Shown here piece after piece: positions 56,801-64,000 of a DNA stretch of 64,000 nucleotides. Source of the DNA: Pseudomonadota bacterium (lineage in GTDB: Bacteria; Pseudomonadota; Gammaproteobacteria; Acidiferrobacterales; UBA6901); NCBI GenBank assembly GCA_021819085.1, contig JAKASJ010000004.1:12728-76727 (forward strand), given 5' to 3'. The position numbers and the translations under genes were made by a program. Every line of letters starts with the position of its first letter. Positions within the stretch are counted from its first letter, which is position 1. The notes below the pieces were generated by a model, which did no database searches, was not told where the DNA came from, and worked only from the letters and a program-made list of their open reading frames with translations.

Positions 56801-57940
56801 TCAGAGCAGTCCGCGTACGCTGGTCCAGTACATCTGGTTGTACGCCACCTTGAACCAGTGGATGGATTTGGATGGCGGTTTCAGATCCGGCAGGTTGACG
56901 TAGTCGAAGGCGTTGTAGGTGGCACGATCGAAGCCGGCCTCGATGAAGCAGTACACCTTGCCGTCGTATTCGCGAACCGGATTGTCAGTGCCGGTCCTGA
57001 TCCTGGCGACGATGTTCGCAGCCAACACCTCCGACTCGAAATGGGCCGCCGATCCGGTCTTGCTTACCGGGATGTTGGTAGCGTCGCCGATCACGTAGAC
57101 ATTGTTCCGACCGTTCATGGTGAGCTTGAACCGGTCGGTGGGAATCCAGCCGCCCTGGTCCAGATGGTTCTGCTCGATGATCTCCATGCCCCGGTGGGGC
57201 GGTACCGCGATCAGCAGATCGTATTTGACCTCGGTGCCTTCCTCGCTGTAGACGATTTTTTTGACCGGGTCGACCGATTTTAGATTGAACAGGGTCTCGT
57301 ATTCGATGCCGGCCTTGTCGAATTCGGGCTTCGCCCAGCGGGCGACGTTGGCGGTGGCGTGGACACGGTTGGTCGGGTATTGGTAGCGCAGTGTGACCTT
57401 GTCGCGGATGCCGCGTGACTTGAAAAAGTCATGCAACATGAACATCGCCTCCACGGGCGCCACGGGACACTTGTGCGGAATAGAAACCACCATCACGACC
57501 GTACCGCCCTGGAACTCCATGAGACGCTTGTGGAGCCGCACGGCACTCTCCTCGGTATAGAAGGTCTCCGCCCCTTCGCTCAGACCCGGAACCTCCTCAG
57601 GAACGATTCGCGAGCCGGTTGCGATAACGAGGATATCGTAGGCGTAGCTCTTCCCGCTCTTGGTTACCACGTGGTTCTGGTCGAGCTGAAATTTCTCGAC
57701 TGGGTCCACATGAAAATCGACCTCCGGCTCGAGCAGGCTTGCCTCATCCCGGTAGAGCTGATCCGCAGTCATCTGTCCGAACGCGACATACAGCAGGCCG
57801 GGCTGGTACATGTGCCGGTCTGATGCCGAGAGCAGGGTGAGCTCAACTTTGCCGGCGCGGATCTCGCTACCCAGTCTGCGAGACAGGTGGTTGGCAAGTA
57901 TCGTGCCACCTGTGCCGCCACCGACGATCAAGATTTTCAT
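56801..57940 (-). CDS. SQR-like FAD-dependent pyridine nucleotide-disulfide oxidoreductase
   Basis: 379 aa. MKILIVGGGTGGTILA FAD fold, HKCPVAPVE and a late Cys (KVYCFIEAG) at positions analogous to the redox cysteines of sulfide:quinone reductases, and YVIGDA. Confidence 0.8.
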   Translation of the reverse strand: MKILIVGGGTGGTILANHLSRRLGSEIRAGKVELTLLSASDRHMYQPGLLYVAFGQMTADQLYRDEASLLEPEVDFHVDPVEKFQLDQNHVVTKSGKSYAYDILVIATGSRIVPEEVPGLSEGAETFYTEESAVRLHKRLMEFQGGTVVMVVSIPHKCPVAPVEAMFMLHDFFKSRGIRDKVTLRYQYPTNRVHATANVARWAKPEFDKAGIEYETLFNLKSVDPVKKIVYSEEGTEVKYDLLIAVPPHRGMEIIEQNHLDQGGWIPTDRFKLTMNGRNNVYVIGDATNIPVSKTGSAAHFESEVLAANIVARIRTGTDNPVREYDGKVYCFIEAGFDRATYNAFDYVNLPDLKPPSKSIHWFKVAYNQMYWTSVRGLL

Positions 57941-58005
57941 TGCATTCTCCTATCCAGAATTAACTCACAGCACGTTCTGTCCAGCGGACAGGCCGGTACA
58001 ATTCG

Positions 58006-58236
58006 TCATTTGGTCTTGCGTACCTTGATGTGCCAGATCCCGTCCACCTTTTCGTTGTTGATGACCTCGTGGCCGACCTTGTGAATCCATTCCGGAATGT
58101 CTGTCGCGGAACCATCGTCCGTGGATAGCAGTTCAAGCGTATCGCCAACGCTGGCCTGCTTCATGTAGGTAATGAGCTCCATGAGCGGTCCAGGGCAAAA
58201 CGTGTTGCAGGCGTCGACAACTTTGTTTTCAGCCAT
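58006..58236 (-). CDS. tusA: TusA/SirA-family sulfurtransferase
   Basis: Start moved to ATG 58236, with AAGAGGA upstream. 76 aa with the CPGPLM active-site motif (DACNTFCPGPLMEL). Confidence 0.8.
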   Translation of the reverse strand: MAENKVVDACNTFCPGPLMELITYMKQASVGDTLELLSTDDGSATDIPEWIHKVGHEVINNEKVDGIWHIKVRKTK

Positions 58237-58281
58237 TCTGATGTCCTCTTGTATCAATTGCAGTTCAATTCCGGGCCCGGT

Positions 58282-58671
58282 TCAAAACGTTAGCATCTGA
58301 CCGTCCTCAGCGTCGCCGAGAAAGCGGGTAAGTCCAGTCGGCGGACCGAGCTCCGGGTCAAGATCGTCCTTCGTCACTTTCATGAGATCCATGGCCATGG
58401 AACAGGGCAGCAGCTGGGCATCGCCGAGCTCCGCTGCCTGCTGGAACAGCTGTTTGAAGGGGGGCACACCTTTCTGCTGCATGAGCGCGCCGAGTTCACC
58501 CTCGGCCTGGGCTTCGGCGGCCCGACCTTTTACGAAAAAGGGCAGGGCATTCATGGACAGAAACACTGTAACGGCATCGCCGGTTGCCGCTGCCACCGAC
58601 GCAAACATCGCGGCCATCTGCAGCTTCTCGCGGGTTCCTGATACGCAGACGATACTGATCTTCTTAGACAT
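58282..58671 (-). CDS. DsrE/DsrF/DsrH-like family protein
   Basis: Start moved to ATG 58671 (M97 of the track ORF). MSKKISIVCVSGTREKLQMAAMFASVAAATGDAVTVFLSMNALPFF...LLPCSMAMDLM, the layout of stand-alone DsrE-like sulfur-relay proteins. Confidence 0.7.
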   Translation of the reverse strand: MSKKISIVCVSGTREKLQMAAMFASVAAATGDAVTVFLSMNALPFFVKGRAAEAQAEGELGALMQQKGVPPFKQLFQQAAELGDAQLLPCSMAMDLMKVTKDDLDPELGPPTGLTRFLGDAEDGQMLTF

Positions 58672-59162
58672 GCTAGTTCTATCCCACTCCCTAATTTGAT
58701 TTACTGATCTGCTCCAGAAGCGTGTGGCGGTTCGCTGCTTTTCGCCAGACGCCTTAGGAAAACGCAAATTATTCGGATACGAGGCGCCATCAAACGATGA
58801 ACACGCCTCAACACTATCTCTACGACGCCGACCGAAATCCGGTGCCAGGCAATGTCCGGACGCCTTCCGTTGCATAGCTGAAAATGCCTGCAAGGCGAAG
58901 CCGCGCCGGGACGGGTCACGCTTGCAGGCCGCCGCATGCGTCATTGGCGAGGCAATCAAACCCGGGAATTTTCCGGAGAAACCTCCCGAAAAAGTGGAAT
59001 TTCGCTATTAAACGGAATCCCGCTGTTATCAGAGCACTATGGATGCCTGTGACAACGCTCGCGGCATGGCTAACAATCCGGCCATCCCATCATTGTGCCG
59101 GGGTCCGCCCTCACGGGCTGGCCCCGGATTCCGAGCGGCGGCCGTTCAAGTCGACCTGCCAG

Positions 59163-59193
59163 CCGGGCGGCTCGTGCCAGACGAACCGCCCGG
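59163..59193 (-). terminator. 8-bp GC stem (CCGGGCGG / CCGCCCGG, 15-nt loop) 10 nt after the P15K-like stop
   Basis: Seen directly. No U-tract. It separates the scn genes from the dsrE-like gene 530 nt downstream. Confidence 0.35.
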
Positions 59194-59202
59194 GCATCCT
59201 CT

Positions 59203-59628
59203 TCAGACGCTCTTCAAACGACGTCCGACCTCTTCCATCTGTCGCGCCAGCTCTTCCTCGTTGATTAATCCATGCCTTATCATCGAATGCGCCAGTGCCA
59301 GAAGTTGTCGCTCGGGAAAAGGAACATCCGCGTATATCGTCGTGGACAAGTCATCCTCTTCTGTGCGACGTTCGAGCAAGGGCAGGGCGCACGATCCGGG
59401 TACGACCTGCGCGTGCGGCACGACGTTGGAGTCGGCAGCGAGGATGTCGCAAGTCGCATCCATCGTGATCTTCCACGGTGGATCCGGATTTGTGACACCG
59501 TACTGCGCAGCCAATTCCTCCCACACTTTCCCGTGGTTTCGGATTTCTTCAAGGACAGGGATGGTTGTAACGTCCGCTTCCTGCCCCATGTTTTCTGAGC
59601 CGAGCTCCTTCCTGTCTGATTTGGCCAT
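59203..59628 (-). CDS. Thiocyanate hydrolase/nitrile hydratase activator-like protein (P15K-like)
   Basis: 141 aa (~15.6 kDa) immediately downstream of scnC. This matches the position and size of the P15K activator as I recall it from Thiobacillus thioparus. Sequence-level homology could not be verified here. Confidence 0.55.
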   Translation of the reverse strand: MAKSDRKELGSENMGQEADVTTIPVLEEIRNHGKVWEELAAQYGVTNPDPPWKITMDATCDILAADSNVVPHAQVVPGSCALPLLERRTEEDDLSTTIYADVPFPERQLLALAHSMIRHGLINEEELARQMEEVGRRLKSV

Positions 59629-59653
59629 GACTCACTCCTTGCAAAAGATCAAC

Positions 59654-60364
59654 TCAATGACCGTGACCGTGCTGGACCGGATGAACAGCCTTGTGCACGG
59701 GAAGCTTGATGTTGGACTTGACGCCAGGCTTGGGAACTGCCACGCCTATCAGGCAGTCGCGAGTCACGATTTCTGTCAGCTGGTCTTCCGTCCAGCCTTC
59801 GGTGCCTGCGGGGCGCACCGGCAGTACGATGTAGCGGGTCTTCTGGTTGGAGTCAGCCACCCTGATTTGCACTTCCGGAGGCAGCTGCAGACCAAATTCG
59901 GACAGCACCTGGCGCGGCCAACGAACCAGGCGGCGACGATAGTTCGGGGTGCGGTACCATTCCGGAGACTGGCCGAGAATCGGCCGCGGATAGCAGGAGC
60001 ACAGGGTGCAAACGACGACATGCTTGAGCGTCGGCGTGTCTTCAAGGACACGCAGATTGCAGTAGTCGCTCGGCGTGCCGAATTTGGTCGGCGGGCTATT
60101 CACCCAGTCGACGCCGACTGCCTTGCTGGCCGCGACTCCATCGGCTACGGCGAGCTTCTTGTATTCCGGATCCAGCCAGGCTTTGGCAACCAGACGTGCT
60201 GCGGGTGTCGGGCCAAGGGTATGGACGTACTCCGTCCAGATCCGGTGATCTTCCGCGGAAAAGAGCCCTTTTTCGATGGCGAGCTCGCGAACGGCCATCT
60301 CAAGGATTTCAAAATCGCTGACTTCGTCCACCATTGGGGCCGGTTTGTGATCATGCTCTGACAT
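59654..60364 (-). CDS. scnC: Thiocyanate hydrolase gamma subunit (nitrile hydratase alpha homologue, Co-type)
   Basis: VVCTLCSCYPRPILGQSPEWY metal-binding claw (C-T-L-C-S-C). Long stretches match my memory of T. thioparus ScnC (EILEMAVRELAIEKGLFSAEDH, RYIVLPVRP). The second ATG (60364) is preferred because AGGAGG lies only 2 nt from the first (60370). Confidence 0.85.
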   Translation of the reverse strand: MSEHDHKPAPMVDEVSDFEILEMAVRELAIEKGLFSAEDHRIWTEYVHTLGPTPAARLVAKAWLDPEYKKLAVADGVAASKAVGVDWVNSPPTKFGTPSDYCNLRVLEDTPTLKHVVVCTLCSCYPRPILGQSPEWYRTPNYRRRLVRWPRQVLSEFGLQLPPEVQIRVADSNQKTRYIVLPVRPAGTEGWTEDQLTEIVTRDCLIGVAVPKPGVKSNIKLPVHKAVHPVQHGHGH

Positions 60365-60401
60365 CTGCATTTCCTCCTGTCAATTGAATCCGCTGGCACC
60401 G

Positions 60402-60773
60402 TTACGGCTTTTCGAGCCAGCGTTCGCAAAACTCGGTTTCGACCGTGTCGTTGGAAAACGTATCGCTGTATTCCGGCCAAAGATCCTTCTGCTTGAACGC
60501 CACGCTGTAGAACCACTCCGGCTTTTCGGTGTTGTCCCATGCTTCGTCTTCGGCTGCGGGGCTCTCGTAGACCAGCTTGGTTACCCTTCCGACCGCGCCA
60601 CGGGTGTACACCTGGCAACGCGTATAGAAGATGTCAGGGAGATTCTTGATGCGTACGGCATCCCCCTCCTTGAATTTCGGTTTGCCACCCTTGCCCTTGA
60701 AGCACTGGGGATCACCGATGCCCGTCGCGATGGAAGCGTGATGGTTTCTATCGTGATGACTTTTTGTGCTCAT
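60402..60773 (-). CDS. scnA: Thiocyanate hydrolase alpha subunit (equivalent to the C-terminal half of nitrile hydratase beta)
   Basis: 123 aa. ATGIGDPQCFKGKGGKPKFKEGDAVRIKNLPDIFYTR...LVYESPAAEDEAW...WFYSVAFKQKDLWPEYSD closely resembles ScnA as I recall it. Overlaps scnB by 26 nt. Confidence 0.85.
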   Translation of the reverse strand: MSTKSHHDRNHHASIATGIGDPQCFKGKGGKPKFKEGDAVRIKNLPDIFYTRCQVYTRGAVGRVTKLVYESPAAEDEAWDNTEKPEWFYSVAFKQKDLWPEYSDTFSNDTVETEFCERWLEKP

Positions 60774-61191
60774 GGCGCTTTTTCACCTCATCGATCTTGT
60801 TTACCAGTTCAGTAAGCGTGGCATACTGCTTATCGACCAATATCCGTGCTGCAGTCATCAGCCACCGGCCGTAGTAAGGCAGACCGAGATACGCCGTCTG
60901 GCCAATGTCGACGTTCTGGCGCCGCCGGCGTTCCTCGGCATTCCAGACCCCGCGCCAGGCCAGACATTCGCAGGTGGCAAAGGTATTCAGCTCCCACTGC
61001 TCTTCTTGCTTCTCCTCGTACTGGATGGGGACATCCGCCTCGCCGCCGACGTCGTGCACCGACCGTGTATAGGTCCGCCAGAGCGTGTGGTCGATAGCAT
61101 CGGGATAGGGCGCCTGCGTCTGCTTGTGCAGAGCCGGCTGCACGTATCCCACGGATTCGAGATGTCGAAGCACCTCTTCTCTCGTAGACAT
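60748..61191 (-). CDS. scnB: Thiocyanate hydrolase beta subunit (equivalent to the N-terminal half of nitrile hydratase beta)
   Basis: Start moved to ATG 61191, with AAGAGGAG upstream. VHDVGGEADVPIQYEEK...WELNTFATCECLAWRGVWNAEERRRRQN...LGLPYYGRWLMTAARILVDKQ. Confidence 0.85.
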   Translation of the reverse strand: MSTREEVLRHLESVGYVQPALHKQTQAPYPDAIDHTLWRTYTRSVHDVGGEADVPIQYEEKQEEQWELNTFATCECLAWRGVWNAEERRRRQNVDIGQTAYLGLPYYGRWLMTAARILVDKQYATLTELVNKIDEVKKRHEHKKSSR

Positions 61192-62430
61192 AAGTTTGAG
61201 CTCCTCTTGGTGATTGCTGACGAATCGTGCTTGCATGTGGTGCTTTACAAAATGCCAAGAATATCCACACTTCACGCCTGTTGATGCCGAGACATCGGCA
61301 ACTTCATGCATTTTCCAGCGTCAGTCGCGACACAGCCTGCTCAAAACAGCACCACGAGCCCAATATGAACTAGATTTTTATGTTTCTCCAAGATCAAATT
61401 CCGATTATCTCCATAGGGTTTCGCTATAAGTCGTAATCGCGTTTTTTCTGGGCATATTGCTGCTGGCCACCGACGGCTATGGGGGTCGTGGAGGAGGGTA
61501 GGTTCAGGTCCGGAAAATATCTCGAACACGCGGTGTTGCGACCCCCCTCCGGCCGGGGTCGCCCATGCCGGCAGCGCTGCCAGGAACGCGGGCCGGGTTG
61601 CCGGCAGGTGCGCGATCGTTCCCGCTGGCGCCGGTTGAGCCGTGTTTGGTCGGGCGCAGGATTCGGGATCCTACGAGATCCTGACCGGAGAGATGTTCTG
61701 GACTTCCGGACATGATGCCCACAATTGGTGGTCCCGGCACGCATCCAGTCGAGTCCGAGGCTTGCACGGCTCCGGACTTCCCGCGCGGTAGATACCGCCA
61801 GCTGCGATCCTGGTGGCAGACTGGGGTGAGAGTGGAATCGCCCGATAACCGGCAGATATTGTGCGGGACTTATCGACAGTAACACGCTAGAGCATGTTTC
61901 CCGACTGCGGCCGTCCTGGCTCAGCAGCGTGCTCTGGCAGCCAGCGGCGAAGCCTGCATTGATCAGATCGGGGGCCGGAGGAGGGACAACCGCATGGATC
62001 GGGCGCCGGTCAGGAGATGCCGATGGACCTGGCAGGCGAAATATGCGACGGACATAGGGTAAAAAATAAATTCAATGTTCGTAGGGGGATCTGTATTCAG
62101 AGTGACAGCAGACTGTGAATTATTCGGATCCGTCGTGGTTTGACTGCATCGCGGAACTACGCGTCGGAAACATTGCAACGGATCGTGTGCGTGATGCGCA
62201 TCGGAGACGGTTCCGGTCCGTCATTCGCCATGTGCGGGTTTGTCTGCGGTTCGCTCGGGCAGATTCGCATCCTGACTCCATATTCCGGAAACCTTGTGGC
62301 GGACGTTTCGGGCGCCACGATCAGCGCGAACGATAACCCGCCGCCATGCGGGTCTTCAGCAATGAAATGCGCCGGCATTCTGCAGCCCCACTGATGGCGC
62401 ACATGGGTCGCTTTTGTTTTCGGGCACCGA

Positions 62431-62456
62431 AGCCGTCACAACTGCACGGCTTTTTT
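62431..62456 (+). terminator. Intrinsic-terminator-like hairpin (A)AGCCGT-N9-ACGGCT(T) followed by T6, in the gap between the two scn loci
   Basis: Seen directly: 6-7 bp stem, 9-nt loop, TTTTTT run. It lies 37 nt after the stop of small ORF 62140-62394. Confidence 0.45.
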
Positions 62457-63508
62457 GCACGTAACACTATGAGACCGCACTGAACGCCGAGCGCGCTGCC
62501 GGCACCGGGCTCCGGTGACGGTGGTTTCGGACCATTGCTGATCTGCAACGATAGCGTGGAATCCGACGGTAGCCGAAAGAAGAACGAGGAGCGTGCGTTG
62601 TCTTTGGCGTGCAGTACGCTTCCAGAGACATCCATCCGGCACGGCATCGTTGTTGATGCGCGCATTGGGGATGCTGTCGTTACTCCATCAGGAATGATGC
62701 GCAGGCTCATGGGCAACGCAATGGAGTGTTGTCGAGTGGCAGTCAGAATCCGATGGGCCGGTCAATCAATCGTCCGGAATTCTTCAGGGACAGATCAGCA
62801 CTTCGCATCAGTTCAGGCGCGGCCTGGGCTAGAACCACTGCCGCGAAGCCACGACTTGCTCTACGCGCGTAGTTGGAATGGAAAAAACCTGTTCGTGCGG
62901 CGAATGCGTGATCCGTTACGTTTTGGAATGACTCGAGACGCCTCGTTGTCGGAATCCGATATCGTTTCTCATTTTCGTGGGCATTTTCGTGCCCGAAAAC
63001 CCGAGCACGGTTTGAGATGAGAAAAAGAGCGCGGGATTACGCAAATCGATGTTGACGATATGTCGTGACACAGATCAATAGGCGCACCTTATGGAGACAA
63101 TAAGGACAAAGTCTTGGACCGCAATTGAGTGCCAATATATATGTAACTCACTACATCAGATTCGATGAGCTGATCGATACGATGATTTCGTTTGGCGAGA
63201 ACTGGTCTTAGAACGAAAATAGGTATCGGCACGACCTCGATGCATGGAAGACAGACATCATATAGTCGGTCGCGCCAACAGAAGGAGCGAATCAGTGTTG
63301 TTGTGCGGTGTGAGTCGATGGTGCGGCATCCTGGTGGTTGGACAGCCGGAGCGAGAGTGAACAGCGATTCCGCGATTTCCCCGGTTCAGATCGATTCCAC
63401 CAAATAAAAGAGCGACGGGGTGCTTACCAGGGCTGCATATCCGGGAATGGATGCATCGCAGAGCGATCCTGTCGACCATTCGGTTCTTGAATAGATGAGG
63501 ATCAGACC

Positions 63509-63895
63509 ATGACATCTAATAGCACATCAAAGATGGAGCAGACGCCGAATCCGGATTTTTTCGACAGTTCCGACTTCAAGGAGATGATGCGGACCGTCCA
63601 TGATCTCGGTGGTGAAGAGGGCGGCCCCATCCCCATAGAGGAACGGGTTGCAAATAAATGGGAGACCAGCACATTCGTTACCTGTGAGTGTCTGGCGTGG
63701 CGTGGCGTGTGGAACACAGTGGAGAAGCACCGGCGGCATGCCGACCTCGGCCAGAAGCAGTATCTGGGGCTGCCCTATTACGGGCGGTGGCTGGTATCGG
63801 CTGCACGAGTCATGCTCGACAAGCAGCACATAACGTTGACGGAGTTGACGAATAAGATAGAGGAGGTGAAAAGGCGCCATGAGCAAAAGCGTTAA
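63509..63895 (+). CDS. Second, diverged thiocyanate hydrolase beta-like subunit
   Basis: 128 aa, GAGGA RBS. VHDLGGEEGGPIPIEERVANKWETSTFVTCECLAWRGVWNTVEKHRRHADLGQKQYLGLPYYGRWLVSAARVMLDKQ aligns by eye at roughly 60-65% identity with scnB at 60748-61191. The N-terminus is shorter and different. Confidence 0.75.
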   Translation: MTSNSTSKMEQTPNPDFFDSSDFKEMMRTVHDLGGEEGGPIPIEERVANKWETSTFVTCECLAWRGVWNTVEKHRRHADLGQKQYLGLPYYGRWLVSAARVMLDKQHITLTELTNKIEEVKRRHEQKR

Positions 63896-64000
63896 TCAGC
63901 CTGTTGCAATCGCCAAAGGGGTCGGCGATCCCCAGTGCTACAAAGGCAAGGCCGGTGGGCCGCCGAAATTCAAGATCGGAGACCGCCTGCGGATCCGGGA
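63879..64000 (+). CDS. Second thiocyanate hydrolase alpha-like subunit, first 40 codons (runs off the window end)
   Basis: My translation from ATG 63879: MSKSVNQPVAIAKGVGDPQCYKGKAGGPPKFKIGDRLRIR. It is homologous to ATGIGDPQCFKGKGGKPKFKEGDAVRIK of scnA. Overlaps the preceding gene by 17 nt, the same arrangement as in locus 1. Confidence 0.7.
   Translation, partial: MSKSVNQPVAIAKGVGDPQCYKGKAGGPPKFKIGDRLRIR

Noticed and set aside
55706-57283. Long ORFs antisense to confidently assigned genes: 55706-57283 (525 aa), 14405-15691 (428 aa), 7225-8469 (414 aa), 23375-24607 (410 aa), 39379-40428 (349 aa), 1703-2566 (287 aa)
   Set aside because: They are typical high-GC shadow frames. They are Arg/Gly/His/Pro-rich with no recognisable motifs. 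The opposite strand carries clear family signatures (SQR-like, MgtE_N/CBS, CyoB, GGDEF-EAL, PAS-GGDEF, SOD).
58833-58847. Sigma-54-like CTGGCAC-N5-TTCG (minus strand) ~165 nt upstream of the dsrE-like gene
   Set aside because: The -24 element is good but the invariant GC of the -12 element is replaced by CG. Not reportable without experimental support.
61192-61330. Sigma-54 promoter (cTTGGCATtttgtaaaGCA, minus strand) upstream of scnB
   Set aside because: The GG-to-GC spacing is one nucleotide longer than the consensus TGGCAC-N5-TTGC, and the -12 element is poor.
62535-63020. 161-codon ORF in the scn intergenic gap
   Set aside because: TTG start without an SD, the first ATG far downstream, no recognisable domain, and mixed codon bias. 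Left unannotated; see the finding on the gap.
1-64000. CRISPR arrays, IS elements/transposases, integrases, reverse transcriptases, toxin-antitoxin pairs, rRNA
   Set aside because: No regularly spaced direct repeats and no ORF with DDE, tyrosine/serine recombinase, RT (YxDD) or typical TA signatures were seen on either strand.

Overview
By eye this is a high-GC (about 60-65%) chromosomal segment from a proteobacterial sulfur-oxidiser-like genome. A Thiobacillus-like betaproteobacterium is inferred from gene content only. No rRNA, CRISPR array, IS element, integrase or complete tRNA was seen.

Gene content, left to right:
- 1-1022: truncated soxB.
- 1152-4750: chromate-resistance operon chrB-chrA-(SOD::rhodanese fusion)-chrB_C. 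It is bounded by an AT-rich stretch and an orphan tRNA-Ser-like 3' fragment at 5066-5112.
- 6116-10372: cytochrome bo3 oxidase cyoABCD, with no cyoE.
- 11465-12322: uppP.
- 12968-15703: an atypical NRAMP-family transporter, a small membrane ORF and a soluble MgtE-N/CBS protein.
- 15951-19375: an orphan conjugation-like module (two replication-relaxation wHTH proteins, a TraD/VirD4-like coupling ATPase and a small membrane protein).
- 19582-22409: Hsp20, a BI-1/YccA protein and a HAF-repeat protein with a PEP-CTERM-type anchor.
- 22901-26778: HK-CheY-(REC-GGDEF-EAL) operon.
- 27819-31329: copper cluster (DUF2946-like, CopI-like cupredoxin, OMP-like protein, CopC, CopD).
- 31292-37887: a membrane ankyrin protein, NUDIX hydrolase, a soluble MCP with a CZB domain, a BNR-repeat protein translationally coupled to a MoaD/ThiS-like protein ending in GG, and a cytochrome b561-like protein.
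- 38513-46268: c-di-GMP and phosphorelay neighbourhood (Crp-like regulator, PAS-GGDEF, FixJ-type RR, REC-PAS-HK, CheY, CHASE3-PAS-HK, two PilZ proteins).
- 46569-49197: small envelope proteins and a GDT1/UPF0016 transporter.
- 49532-55445: GH15-GMC oxidoreductase-MFS-SDR operon.
- 56366-61191: sulfur block DUF1641 / SQR-like flavoprotein / TusA / DsrE-like, directly downstream of a thiocyanate hydrolase operon scnB-scnA-scnC-P15K.
- 63509 to window end: a second, diverged scnB/scnA pair starting on the opposite strand.

Most worth follow-up:
- the duplicated, divergent thiocyanate-hydrolase-type loci and the 2.2 kb non-coding gap between them;
- the SCNase to sulfur-relay supercluster;
- the NRAMP variant lacking the soft-metal ligands, paired with a stand-alone MgtE sensor domain;
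- the BNR + MoaD-GG pair;
- the orphan coupling-protein module;
- the tRNA-fragment island scar next to the chromate operon.

All calls rest on reading the translations and sequence by eye. No database search was run.
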